Below are positions 37,168-50,782 of a stretch of DNA of 64,000 nt, piece by piece. Under the pieces are notes generated by a model that ran no database searches, was not told the DNA's origin, and was given only the letters and a program-made list of their open reading frames with translations. The number at the start of each line of letters is the position of its first letter. The stretch's first letter is position 1. The stretch is from Podarcis pityusensis (lineage: Eukaryota): assembly GCA_964106645.2 (NCBI GenBank), contig OZ067041.1; one strand, given 5' to 3'. Made by a program: the position numbers and the translations under genes.

Positions 37168-39289
37168 AGAGTATTATAAAAACTGCAGTCCTAATGGTCT
37201 TACCAGGATGGGTGGTCATCTTTAGATGGTCATGTATATTACTCCATGTACTTCAAAATGTGGCAAACAGCCCTGTAGCATTTAGGGGTTGTCCTCCTCA
37301 TTCATATAGATGCAAAAACACTTTAGAACACTGTCATTTTTGCTCATTCTTTTGGCTGGCTAGTCTTTGAAGTTTCTACTGCTATTTCAGATATATCTCT
37401 TTACATCAATATTGGCTCCTAATCTACCTGAGAGGGTATGCTAATTTATTGAATTGTTGAAGCGCACTGAAGATGAATGCTGATAGGGATCCAGACTTCT
37501 GTTGTCATCTATTAGTGATCTAATTACATATTGCTTCCTCTCACGGGACACCAGTACAGGCTTGATTAAAGTATAATATAGATAGTTCCCTAGAGGGTGT
37601 TAGGCTCTGTAGCTGATGCCATGAATTCAGAAGTCCTATTTTTCTTCCCCCTCTTGGTTATTGTATGAGCATGACAGCGCCAACATTATCACTTACTCCA
37701 GCGGTTGCCAACATTTTTGGGGCCTGTGGCCACATTTACAAACATTGAGGACACACACACACGCTCACACACATGGTAACCAAGCACACACCACAACCCA
37801 TTCCACTGGCTACAATATATATATATAGCCTTTTTACAAGCATAATTTCAGTGGGGGCAGAGGTGAGGGAACCCTGTGGGCACATACATGCCCCCAGGCA
37901 CTGCCTTGATAACCCTTAAATTATTCTTTTTGAACTTCCTTAGCATCATCAACCACATAAAATGCTTTGGGGGCTGATGAGTTTTGAAATTAGTGGTCAG
38001 AATGGGCTTAGGTTTGTCTTCATTTTTAAACACTACAAAATTGTAGATTGACCAACTACACCAGCTGTAGGGAACCTTGACCTCCAACTACAACTCTCAT
38101 CAGCCCCAGTGATGCCAGCAATGGGCAGGGATGATGGGAGATGTAGTCCAGCAACATCTGGAGGGCCCCTGACCTATGGATTGTTTTCCCCCCAGAGGCA
38201 CCAGCTTCTCCAGACGATTGAGGGCCCCCAATGTCATTTACCAATGTCACACACACAGCCCTCTGAACACAGTGGGGGCTGGCCCCCTCAAAAAACATTT
38301 GGGGGGTCAAAGTGCCTTTGCCCCCAGGAGCCAGCATCTGTTTCCCCCTAGTATGCATTTTTAGATTAACTTTGGAAATGTTCATCTGATGCACTAAGAA
38401 AACCATACCTTACAATCCTATGATGGAATGAAATGGATTTCAATCTTTCCCCTTCTTTTCAACCTTCAGGGGTCTGTAAGTTTTCTAATGAAGGAAACTT
38501 TTGCATTATTAAAAGTTTCTCACTACTGAGATTTCTGTCAGTGAATAAAATGTGACTCTCAGCACTTGTCATGTGGTCCATGGAGGGGGGAATGTTTGGG
38601 AACCACTGAACTAGAATGTCCATGATATATGTAAATTAAATTCTGCACAGTTAATGTGGACTTGTGTGGGAAGCATTGAAAGGAAGGACAATGTGAATGC
38701 TGGAAAATGAAATCAAGGACAGGCAGTGATTTTTTACCTATATGTAGTCAGCATTGTGCTTCCAAGTACATGTGTCAATGTGTTAATTGTATCAGTGGAA
38801 CAGATTGCAGCCGAGTATCTTCCATTTTGGGTTCAGTTGCACTCTGAATTCCCAACTACAAATCTAGCACTCAGCTCAGCATTTATTTTTCCTCATAGTT
38901 CCACACATATGAGTCAAGGGAAAGTGTGAGATGCTGAAAAAAAACAATTTGGAAAATTCAGATATTGTTAAATTAGCAAATTTCCTTGGAAGTTAGAACT
39001 ACCTGGTTTCAAACTCCTGGGCTGCATTGCTGTGTTAGGTCTCTGCGTGAAATAAATTGCTAATAATTAACACAGGGGCAGGGAGATAATCACTGCGATG
39101 GGGATCATTGGATTGGTTTGTGCAAGATGCTATTCCTGAGCCCTAATTACCCATATTACCCTAATTCCCATATAAAGGGCATACTAGGGTTGGCCCTCTC
39201 AATAGGCTGAATAAGGTGGTAGCATTAGGCAGTAGAGTGAAAATATTTGGGTGAGAATTTAAATGAACTTTTCAAAAATCAATTATGAT

Positions 39290-39650
39290 AGTGTCTAGTA
39301 CACTAGATAGAGAAAAGAACAATCCACCCACCCACTCCTTATGCCAGCCTGTGGTGGGTTTGGATTGAGTAGAGTCACTGGCTGAGTTGGCCTCCCATAG
39401 GCCGACACCAAAATCCCCCTTCTCCCTCCCAGACATCTGGATCCTGAGCTGGTCTCACTCTTGTCAGGTGATGGTATTGGTCCCAACCCAGACCTGATAG
39501 CTCTTCCATCTCAGAGGGGTAGGTGTCTGTGCTCATGGTTTGACCTGAATGTCTTCTGGAGCAGTCAGCTGACTGCTTTGCAATGCATTAAGATCATGCC
39601 TAGCCTCGTGCCCACACAGCCCAGTTTCATAAGTTTTGCAAGTGATTTGT
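39290..39650 (-). mobile_element. Highly degraded L2-like endonuclease remnant
   Basis: The minus strand shows LGMILMHC (cf. LGILLVYRP) and a GDF-like motif across frameshifts. Confidence 0.35.
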
Positions 39651-42600
39651 TGAGCAGCAATCAGCTGGCTGTTTGCCAAAATGTAAAGAATCTGCCACGA
39701 GCCCACTGAGCCACTCTATACCAAAGGGTCATATGAATCAGTTGTTAGGTAAGCGTCACTCAATAAAAACACTCAATAAATATGTGTTAAGCGTTTATGT
39801 GAAAGATCATCCCTACTCTTTATTCATCACTGACCCCTACTACTTTGACTGCATTCCTGAGGATAGCCAGGGTATTTAAATCCCACCGGCTTTCCCTGTA
39901 TTGCCCCTTTATTGGTGTCTTCATGAGCACTGAACAGGAGAGGAAAATCTTGTGGTCCTTGTATTTAAGCTGAAGTGGGTTGCATGTAACTTGAGCACTC
40001 AAAGTGTTCAAGTTTACAAAATGCTAGCTGATCTTTAACACAGACTGAAATGAAGAATCCTGTGTGCTTGGCAGATAGACTGAAAACCAGGTTTGATGCA
40101 GAAGTAATATAATAATGATCCACTGTGGCAGAAGGGAGTATCAGGAGCAGTAATTAACCCAGCTTTATTAGAGTGGAACTGGTTATTTCCACATAAATAA
40201 ACCCATTGGCCCTTTGCGCTGTGACATGTTTCGTCTAAAAGCATTTCATCCTCCACTTACTTGTGAAGTCTCTATTTGTGAAGCCTCATGCCCAACCTAG
40301 TTGTGGTTCAGTGACAACTACAAATACCTATTATCATGCAATAGTACGTTTAGGCTACTGAGGCAAATGTAGCCATCTTTCTCTGCCAACACTGTGTTTC
40401 AGGTTGGAGCCATGATTCTCTCCTGCAAGGCCTTTCTAGCTAGAAATTCAGAACTGTCTCTCGCTCTCTGTCCTAGTATATAATAGAGGTAGTAATAACA
40501 GAGCTACCGGAACTGTTGGTAAAGTATGTCAAGCTTTGAAAACAATTTTAATTCTTTCCCCTTTTCCACAATTCATCATTTCCATACAGATTGAATTGTA
40601 TGTCATGCCTCTCACGGCACACAAGTATTTTTAATGGTAATGATTGCTTTCAGTGTAAGGGATGCTTCTTTTTTTATTGATCGGCATCAAAGGTTCACTG
40701 GAAATGAGTAGCCACAGAAGTCAAATGGGGAACCAGAGAAGCGCTCAAGGAAAAGCAAAAGATTTGTTGCTGTCTGCACTGTTACATCAAATTAACAGAT
40801 AGCGCTGGAGAAGCAGGAAAACATCAGAACATGACCTGGCACTTTATTTAGTAAAGTATAATTTCCTAAATCCCTATGAAACAGGCACAAATAACTTTTT
40901 GACCTTCCATGAAATGTGACATACTTAATGAGAGATCCCATTGAATTACTATTTGATGGTGATTTTCTTGGAATGCTCTTACTAAGTATCATAATCTGGG
41001 CCTGGTGCATAGCTTGTTGCCTGCAGATAAAATTGTGCCATGGTAAAGAGAAGTTTTGGAAGGGATTTTGACTAGAGGTGAGGGATCCTGCAAGTTTATT
41101 GCTTTCCTTCTGTAGATTTTGAAGCATGCAGCTGGAACATGGGCAGGAGGGGGGTCCCTCTACTGCCCCAGCTCTTCTATTGAAGTGGATTTCGTATGGT
41201 CCTTTGAGAGCTATGGAGTTTTGCCCCCTTCCTATTTTGAGCTGCAGAATTCCTCAACTATTTCTCTCCCTCTGTCTGTCTCTCCCTCTCTCAGCTACAC
41301 ATTTACTCTCCCTTTCTTCCACCATCCTTCTCTTAGTTTTGCAGTTGAGGCAATATTATTGAATATTATTGAAATGTCTCTGTTTATAATATATTTAGTC
41401 GGTGCAGATCTGATACTCTCTTTATGTTCAGCCTCTTTTCTTTTTAAAGGGGCAATCTATTCTTATTTTATTGTGCCTATTTCTTTTTAAAAGACACAAA
41501 CAGTGAAGGGTGTATTACTGGCAGATATTTATAAAATCATAGAACTGTAGGATTTGTAAAGAGTTGGCGGCTATCTAATTCAGCTCTTTACTCTAAAGCA
41601 GGATCTTCTACACTGCATCTCCAAATCCCTAAAGGATTAGCCTATATATTACTGCCGTTAAAAGCAACTTTTTCAATCCACAATTGACTGGCTTCCAGAA
41701 AAGGGAGAATCCCCTTTCAGTGGCTAATTTTAGAACATTCCCTAACTGTTTCTGAAATCATTTCATTTTTCAGCAATAATTTGTAGACTTTGTCCTACGC
41801 AACATTCTCATTGCTTTAACTTTTCTGGCAATCATCCTAAATTGAATCTTAGATATTCAATAATCCTCATTGCACTATGCCTTTGGAAATCTCCTAAAAG
41901 GAGGTGATATTTTGGTAGAAAGATGCAAGGGTCTTAATGTTCCAACAATAGCTTTAAATACGTTGGAAAGAGATGTACTATGAAAGATTGATTCCTCAGC
42001 CATTAATTTGTAACAGAACAGTGCAATAAATCTTAGTTTCTCTTCAATATCTTTCTGCAGTTGTGAATTCCACTTGATTCACCTCTCTCACTCACCTTAA
42101 CAAAATCAGTATTTGCCCTAGTTAGTTCGGATAGGAATCCAATTATGCAGGGAGCCAAAAAGCTAACCACCAATGTGCCCAGGAGATCTAAAAAAAGGCC
42201 ATTTAGTTTAATACAGTTTGGTGAAGTGAAGATAAAATAATGATGCTTGAATCTATAAAAATGAAGTCCAGAACTCATTGAGAGTAATTGAATCAATTTC
42301 CCAGACATGTTTTGGAGATCTAGATTGAGGCCTTATGACAGGAGTGTGCAACCACCACCTCCTCCTCCTCCTCCTCCTTTTGAGATACACATACCCTTAG
42401 GTGGATCTTTCATTAATGAATGCTAGTGGAGGACATGGCCCAAGCCAGTGGTAGCTGGAACCAGATGGACAGTGGTCAGGGCCCCCTTTCTGCCTCCCCT
42501 GCCACTTCCTTCTCTCTCTCCCTCTCTTTCTCCTCTTACCCAGTCAACTGTCAGAGGACGGACAGATCGCTTGCCAGAGGGTTTCCGTTACTTCCTCTTA

Positions 42601-45600
42601 CATTGCCCCATCCATGTTGGATTTTCTCCATAGTGTTTCCTTCCTCCAGCCCTTCTTATTTTCCACTGGGCTTCCCACCCACCCACATGAAATTAGGCTC
42701 AGGGCTGCATGCAGCTCTGCCCTAAGTCCTGCTGTATGGTGTACACATCACCATGTGCCCTGAGATGGCAACATCTTCCATTCTCTCCAGTACATGAATG
42801 GGGCCCTCTTCCTTTTCACCCTTCATGGAGGGAAGGGAAATGGCAGGCAGAGCTCAGTTTCCCCCCACTGGGGCCTGAAGTCTTGTGTCTTGTATTATCC
42901 TATGTTCCACATGCAGGGAATGCAGCGAGAACAGTGAATCTTGCTTGAGGTGGTGGTTGGCCATAGCATCAGTTTAGCAAAACCAAATCTAGCATCTCAC
43001 AGTTGTTTTATAGAAATGAACCAACTGGGATGGGGAGGTGTTATTTAAGTGAAATCCCTTCCTATTGGCAATACAGTGGTCATGGTGAGAGGGATTTTGC
43101 ATGGGTTCAATTCAATTTTGCGTGGGCAAAAATGTTCCCTGTTGAGATCAGACCACTCATTCCTCTTTCTGTATATGCGAAAACATAGAACAATACTTTT
43201 GCCTGCTTTTGGCAAGGCTTATATAACGTATTTTTAATTGATTGCTTTATGCCTAGTGCTAGCAGCAGGAGATGGAGAAAGGTAGGTGTTCATTGCTAAA
43301 ATACTCTGTAAGACAGACTGGGAAAGCCTTGCATCTTGGCACAATCCTCAAATTAAAAACAAGCGTTGACCCTAGTTGCCCTACATTTACTGTGTGTGAC
43401 ATATATAATATTGAAAATTTCAGTTTAATCGGTTTGGAGGCAAGTAGAATTTCTTTCTCTTTTCTTTTGTTTGCCAGATTGTTGACCATGCAGTTTTTCC
43501 TCTCCTCCTCTTCTGTATGCAGGCTCAGCTCTTGCCTCTCAATACAAGCAAATGTGAAATTCTATACAAGTAACACGAGTGGTTTCTTTCCATATTTTGT
43601 GCAATTGGCATATTAACAAGAAATAGGACCACATACAGTGTGCTGTTCGACATTCCGTGAATATGCCAGCAGCATTTTGGAGTGATGCTTTTGCGTATCT
43701 AACCAGAAAGAATATACCACTTCATTTCATGTGCTTTTATGCATTCTGGCAAGGAGTAAATGAAGTTAATCACAAGTTAAGGAACCCTGCCACTCTGTAT
43801 TATAGAAGAAGCTTCCTGTACATAACAATATAAAATTGGCTGTGGTTCAGAATTTTCGTACTTAGCATTGCAAATTAGGCTCCTGTCCTTTCCCTACTGA
43901 GCTGCTCACTGATGATCTGGAATACCTTATTTTCTATGGAATTTTCCCAGGTGCTTTAGAAATTAAAATTCTAGAGGGAGTTCTGAAAGGGCTGTAGCCA
44001 AATGAATTACATTAGTCCTTGATATAGGTAGAATTGCCAGGTGCAAAACTGTGCCAGGGTTCTCTAGCCTGCAGATTTTCGTTGTCACTTCAGCCCTCAG
44101 CTGAAGCTTTGGGATAAAACCTTGATTTATGGGAAGCTTATATGAAACTGGCACACAGATGAATGACATACACAAAAATGATGGCAATCCCTGTCTTGTA
44201 TAAAAAACCTGAACCTTCTGAATTTCTTTTTCTTAGCCAGGTATTAGTGCTCCTATATATGGAAATCTTGCATTATTATCCCACTGCCCTTCTATTTTCT
44301 ATTCCTATAGAAATGCAACCTACTGATTTATAGATGCTTCTGACTTGGTAGTCATACTAATGTGGACTGGCTAGTTTCTGTACAAATTAGAAGCAAAGTG
44401 ACAAATGGCTCTGTCATTCTGCTAAGTCTCTGTACTTTCTGGATGTGACTAAATTAAAATGGATTACATGATTTGATTTTCATGGAGGGTTTGTTCATGC
44501 GTGACAGTTTTGGAATCACAGACTTCCATGACGGATGGAGGGCTTGAGCTACTTGTTGATTATGCCCTTGGCAGAAAACTGCAGAATATTCTATTCACCA
44601 GTGAGCAGGAAAGAGGGGTGGGAATTACCCAAACAGTTCCTTTGAGGTTAGTAGCATAAAGTTTTTACACACATAGATTTAAGTTTTAACAAGAAAAAAA
44701 GGGCGGCAGTTGCCCTTCAATTCTGAACACATAGCTTGAGAAATTACCATATACAATATGTTTTCATTTTTAAACTAGGCACAATGTCTGTTGCATAGCC
44801 ATGTCTGTCACATAGTTTACTTAGGTTCAACTCTGAAAAAGGCATAACTTTCCAAGGTTCTTATTGACTTTGCATTCTTAAAGGTAATCCGCATTATTGG
44901 ATTTTTTGCATGCACACAATAGTAGTAATATGACATTTGAAAAAGACAAAAGGGATTAAATCTGCCAGTACGTAAAAATTATAACCTTCCATATCACTCT
45001 ACCAATATAAGACATTTTCATACCTGATGTGATCTGCCAGCATTTCCTGAGGAATACATGTCAACATGATGCCCCACTTTTATCAGAAATGACACACAAT
45101 TCACGTCTGAAATAGAACAGGAGGTTCCAGTTGCCTGGAGAAAGCTCTTTTATCAGTCATTACTTGGAATCCTTTCACTGAAAGACATGCATCTTACTGT
45201 TCTCTCTGTGTTATAAACGCTCTTGTTCCTGTATGCATGTGACATTGTTCATTATTAACAACCGTGCTTAGCAAACATGATTTTTAGTTACGAATAATGT
45301 GAACTTGAAAGGTACAATTTTTCATTTCCTGAGTGACTGGTTGGCCTGGACCTCCCAGGTTATGTTAATTATTATGGTACACTACATTTATCTCTGCTAA
45401 GTTTAGAAATTTTTGAAAGTACTGAAAGTATGTTCCTATGAAAGTGTACCAGCCGGATTACACTCCTGTGTGCATTTTAAAAGAATTAAGCTTGCGAAGA
45501 GAACTTTAAAAAGTAGAACTTGGAACCTGTACAGATTTCCTGTGCAAATAGGAACAGGATTAGAAGAAAGGTGGGTTGCTGCAGCTCTTGTTGGAAGAAA

Positions 45601-46337
45601 GAGAAAGAAAGAGTATGGATAGACTTTGTATTGAGCAATTTAGATGACTAATTATAATGGAGCTATATTGTACACATTTTAAGAGTAAGAGGCTTATGTT
45701 TTTTATGAAGAAATAACAATTCTATTTTGGTGCTGCTGGGAATTTTCCAAGTTATTTCAGCACTTCTATTTCTTAAGAGCCCCATTTTTATTTATTGCTA
45801 AGTGGTTGTTCACAGTCAGTGTGTTCCCTGGTGTTAGTCATCATAATGTCTAATAGGGCCGAATTTCAACCAATTAACTATGTGAGCTTCCGTAGTCTAA
45901 TCAGTAAGCATATGTCCAATAAAATGTAGTTCACCTACCCTTGTTTTATGTGGGCAACATGGACCATATCTTAAATTACTGATGTTTCTCAATATGAGAA
46001 TGAACAACACGAACAACCATTTTGAGCTGTAACTAAGAGGAAAAAATGCATAATGTGATAAACATATTATCAACTGATCTTTTCAATTAACTTATCTGTT
46101 CTTATGAATTACCAACTTGCTGGAATGTTGGTTTCAGCTTACAGAAAAAGAAGCTATCAAAGACACTTTTCAGGGATAAAATGGGGCTCATCCATTTGTA
46201 GTGGGAAATAAAAGGTGGGCCATCAGTTATCAATATCAGTTGATAAAAGCTTTGTCCTTCTTGGCTTCTCCTTATTTTTCAGGAGCAGAATGGCTGCTAA
46301 AATTCTGATAACCTGTTAGGAATTTGTTTGCTTCCTG

Positions 46338-46776
46338 TTAGGGACAAAGTAGAAATTCAATTCAGTTTGCATTTAAAGGCAAATCTATCAAATTCACACA
46401 TTCCGAAACAATACGAGAACTGAAACACAGCCATCCTTCAAAAGTCGCATTCATTTGAATTTTGTGATCCAGTTCTCCAACCAAGTTTTGTAAAAATGCA
46501 TATATTGGGTAAAAGTGTGCATAAAGGTGAATATATTATTTTTTAAAAAACAGGGGGGAAATCATTATATTAGGATAAATTGCTTGCAAAAATGTGTACC
46601 TAGGTTAAATCTGCATACAAAAAGGTGTTTATTAGCATTAATTCGCACTAAGATGCTGAATAATTTTCATGGGATTTTTAAAATAAATAAATCACAAATT
46701 GCTGCAGAAGTGGAGAAAATAGAATTTAAGAATGGAAAAATGAGAAACTGGGTGAATCAAAATTCACCAATCCTTA
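46338..46776 (+). mobile_element. Same ~400-bp family as 23218
   Basis: Shared internal motifs and ends (tagggac...ccaatcctta). Confidence 0.7.
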
Positions 46777-46809
46777 CACCCCCACTCCTTGAAGGCAGCC
46801 ATTAAGGGG

Positions 46810-47070
46810 AGCTTAATACCTTCTGGAAGAAGCTATAGGGTTATAAAGGCCAGGACTAGCCGCCTGAAAAACAGTTTCTACGCTAATGCAATTCTGGTTC
46901 TAAACGCAGCATAAGGGGTCTCTGTAGTATAGTGCATTTTAAAATGGGGTTTTAGAGTTTTTAGGGGTTTTTGAATGTTTTATGTAATTTTGTAGTAGTT
47001 TTATGTAGTTTTTATGTAGTTTTATGTAGTTTTCAATTTCATTGTTCCTCTATTTGTTCTCAAATAGAGA
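46810..47070 (+). mobile_element. Rex1/Babar-type LINE 3' end
   Basis: 46816-46914 encodes IPSGRSYRVIKARTSRLKNSFYANAILVLNAA*, matching the Rex1 C-terminal LPSG...RTxRLKNSF motif. T-rich 3'UTR with (tagttttatg)n. Confidence 0.75.
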
Positions 47071-47112
47071 CATTAGGATATCTATTTACATGGCTTGGAG
47101 GCTAGTGACGAA

Positions 47113-47244
47113 NNNNNNNNNNNNNNNNNNNNNNNNNNNNNNNNNNNNNNNNNNNNNNNNNNNNNNNNNNNNNNNNNNNNNNNNNNNNNNNNNNNNNNNN
47201 NNNNNNNNNNNNNNNNNNNNNNNNNNNNNNNNNNNNNNNNNNNN
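47113..47244. other. Assembly gap (132 N)
   Basis: Run of N in the sequence. Confidence 1.
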
Positions 47245-49687
47245 GTGATTGTTCTAGGAAACTATTCATCTCTTCCACACATATTGTAAAGTTAACCATT
47301 TCAAGATTTACATGCAAACATCACTGGGTGTTGTTTTCTTATGCCTCTTGTTTTCTGATTTTGCTTTTGGTAAATGTTGTTTTTGCTTTTTTTATATATT
47401 TACAAATTGAAATACAAATGCATGTTTTTTAAAACCCCAGTGCCTTCATATATGTGAATGAGACGAAGCATGTGATTTCAGGAAAGTGCTGGAGCTGCTC
47501 GCTGCAGGATGATAGCCCGGCTTACTTTTCAACAAAAATAGTTTTCAAAAATGTCTAAAATTATGTGCTAGTTTGAGAAGAATCTCCATACCTGCTTCCT
47601 AGCTTCAGGTTAAGTGTGCAGGCCTCCTGAAGCATTGCTAGGCATAATAGTCTCTTAAGGTGTGTTATAATAACACTAAATAACTCTAAATTACATAGAT
47701 AGCATTGCTGTAAGTAGGGTTGCCATGTGCCCTCTTTTTAAGAGCTAAAATTTGGGACAAATTGCATTTATTTGCTTTGGCTCTTCAAAATATGGCAACC
47801 CTACTAAGCAAAGGACTACTTTAATATTTCATGATCATTATGGTGGCAGCTGAATTCAGCAGCAGCCAGAATGCAACAATGAATTGTGATGGCATTCCAC
47901 AATTTCCCATTATTCATTAGAAATGTCACTTAACTGTGTCTCCAGCTCAGTGAAAGTTAAGCCAATTTTAAAATCTTGACGTTGGTCGGGGTACCCTGGG
48001 ATGGGTGGCAGTCCCACTCGCTCTTCCGTGTTCCATTAAAAACCCTCTTTTCTGTGTTAATCCTCTGGAGGGAGCCCAATGTTGTAAATACTGTGAGTAA
48101 TGCTTCCCCTTTGGTCTGTTGGAGTGAGTTCCTCCACATATCTTCATGGGCTGCTCAAGAGCTTGAAATATGGTAAACATTATTTTTTTTAAAAAAAGAA
48201 ATATGAATCCACATGAAGGAGGGTGACATTACCAGCAGAGCAATCGGATAGGATGCACACAGGCCAGGACTTTCTAGGATTATGTGTTTCTTCTTCTCTG
48301 CTGCCTCAGCAAAGTATCCAACATGGCTGCATTACCTGGAAATCTGAATGGAGGAAAGGAGGGAAAGACAGGCTAGTAGGTGGATGTCCTCTCACCACAT
48401 CATTGTTCTGCTGTTCATACACAGATGATTCACTAACAGTTCCTGAACAAGCTGTTTTGGAATGTATTAGAGACCAGGGCCACTGCTGGAGGTCATCCTA
48501 CCAACAACATTCCACTTTCTCCTAACCCCTCACTTTCCATTTTTCTAACTTTTCTTGAAAACCACTTATAAAGAGTTTTGGTGTGCTATATCCAGCACAC
48601 TTGAAAACTCCATTAAAAAGTTTGGAGGGAGCTGTTGCTTTAGTTAAATGTTTGACGTGGCCAAGGAGTGTGGTAAGAACTAGAGTGGCTCCAGAATGGC
48701 AGGACGTTGTTTTGCCTCACTCTGAAGTATAGGAGGAGAGAGAAAACATAAGAGTGGCTCATGGCGCTGTGTGCAACATGAGCACCTTCCTCTAAAGGTT
48801 TTTAAATAAGCAAAACAATGCACAGCCGCCTTGTACAATTAAGGCAAGCAGTAGCCCACAGTCGCTCATGCCCCTTCCCTGGGCTGTGTGGGGCCACCTT
48901 GGTGGTGTGGGGCCCCATACAATATGAATGCTGTTTACTTGCAGAGACTCAAGCATCTGCTTCATTTTACAGCAGCTTCAAAAGTCCAATTCTTATGGTG
49001 CTCACAGTCTTCTAATATGACAAAGAATTAATAATAGAGCCTAATTTTCTCTATGCATTTCCTGTGAGCGGTCTGTTATTTTTCTCCCTCCTGGGCATAT
49101 TGCTTGAGTCATGTCCCTCTCCTGTGATGAGCAATAATGAGCAAGTTGTTCTTTTTCATACATTTTCACTTTGGTCAAAACATTTGTACCTGTTGTTGTC
49201 ATGATTTCAAGGTCTCACTTTCTGTGGATGCTTCCCCTCCCAGCTTAAATCAATAAGCAACCCTTTGAAAAACTGTTGCATGATTGCTTGATCCTTTGCA
49301 AGTGCTGAGCCATAAAATATGCCCAAGATGGATTTTGACTCCACTGTATGGAGGATGCTTCAATCGTCGTCCATTGTTGCTGCCTCCATTCAGCCAGCTG
49401 TTTGTGTGCAATGGTTTGCCAGGCAGATCAGGAGATTTCCCACACATCAACACAGACCTGGGGGTGGGGGTGGGGAAGAGTGAGAGGCTGAAGTTGCATG
49501 AAGAAAACCCATCTGTGTGGTGAGCCGCTACAACACACAAATGGCTTACCACATGGAGACCGTTGCTATGGGAAGCAATTTAAAGCAGCTATTTGTGCGC
49601 ACTGATACTTTCAGAGATGGATGCTGCAATTCTGCTTCTTTGAAGCCGTGTTGTCACAAGGTTTAGATAGCAGGGAAGGGTTTAATT

Positions 49688-50081
49688 CAGGGGTCGGCAG
49701 TGTTTACTGGCAATAGGCCGGATCACTCCCACGGAGATTGTCCGTGGGCCAGACTGGTGCAGCACAATGCCGGAAATTGCATCTGCACATGTCTGTGGCA
49801 CCGGAAATCGCATCTGCGCATGCCCAGATGCCGAAAACCGCACCTGCGCAGAAGCAATTTTGGGCGTCTAGACATGTGCAGACACAATTTCTGTTATCTG
49901 CACATGCTCAGATGCGATTTCCGGTGCCACTTGGTGAGTCCCTGTGCCGCCCTGTGCTAGTTTAGCGCAGCGCGTGGGAGACTCACCAAGGGGACGGCTT
50001 GGTTTGGGGGCAGCTCATAGGCCGGTAAAACAGTCTTAGTGGGTCACATCTGGCCCATGGGCCGCACATTGCCGACCCCTG
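49688..50081. mobile_element. hAT (Charlie-like) MITE, long variant
   Basis: TIR CAGGGGTCGGCA and perfect 8-bp TSD GTTTAATT. Confidence 0.93.
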
Positions 50082-50100
50082 GTTTAATTCTTCTGTCTTG

Positions 50101-50376
50101 GTGTGAGAAGTGAAGCTACAGGGAACCAGGCAGAGGGCCTTCTCGGTAGTGGTGCCCACCTTATGTACAGTAACACCCTCCCATCAGATGGTAAGGAGAT
50201 GAGTAACTATATAACCTTTAGAAGACATCTGAATGCAGCCCTGTATAGGGAAACTTTTTAAGGTTTAAGGTTTTATTATGTTTTTATATATGTTGGAAGT
50301 CACCCAGAGTGGCTGGGGCAACCCAGTCAGATGGGTGGGGTACAAATAATAATATGTTGTTTGTTGTTGTTGTTGT
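50101..50376 (+). mobile_element. L2 3' fragment
   Basis: Close match to 33765-34005 (gtgagaagtga..cagggaacca..cagagggccttct..cccagagtggctgggg). Confidence 0.9.
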
Positions 50377-50678
50377 AACTTTGAATATTTTCACACATGA
50401 CAAAAGTGAACCTGCGTGAAGAAGGTACATATTTATTTTTTCATGGGAACCAATCTGAAACAATTCTGGTACAACGAGAAGTGTTTTTGAACCAATTTAA
50501 ATCTGCTACTGCCACTACTCCTAGCTTGACTTCTAATACTGTGGCTGAAATGAACTTTGTTGCATTCTGGCTTCAGTCTTACGATATAGTCACAGATAGA
50601 ATTTGAGAATTAACTGTGCATAGGATTTCTACATGACATCATTTGCTTATCTGTGACAGATCTTCTTTATTTTTACAG

Positions 50679-50782
50679 CATTGTTCAACCTTATACCAGT
50701 GGGACTTCGAGTTGTCGCTATCCAGGGTGTAAAAACAGGCTTGTATATAGCCCTAAATGGAGAAGGGTTCCTTTATACGTCA
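50679..50782 (+). CDS. FGF14: FGF14 coding exon 3 (beta-trefoil core)
   Basis: Acceptor tcttctttatttttacAG and donor GTAAGT. 104 bp, phase 1 to phase 0, encoding (T)[34 protein letters not shown], the canonical FHF exon 3. Confidence 0.97.

Noticed and set aside
40654-40802. 46-aa ORF MLLFLLIGIKG... after an acceptor-like ctttcAG
   Set aside because: Short, ends in a stop with no convincing in-frame donor. Expected by chance, and no homology recognised.
48421-48445. gatgattcactaacagt resembling the DDSTNS end of exon 2
   Set aside because: Out of frame, no upstream DGTK/HPDG match and no donor site.
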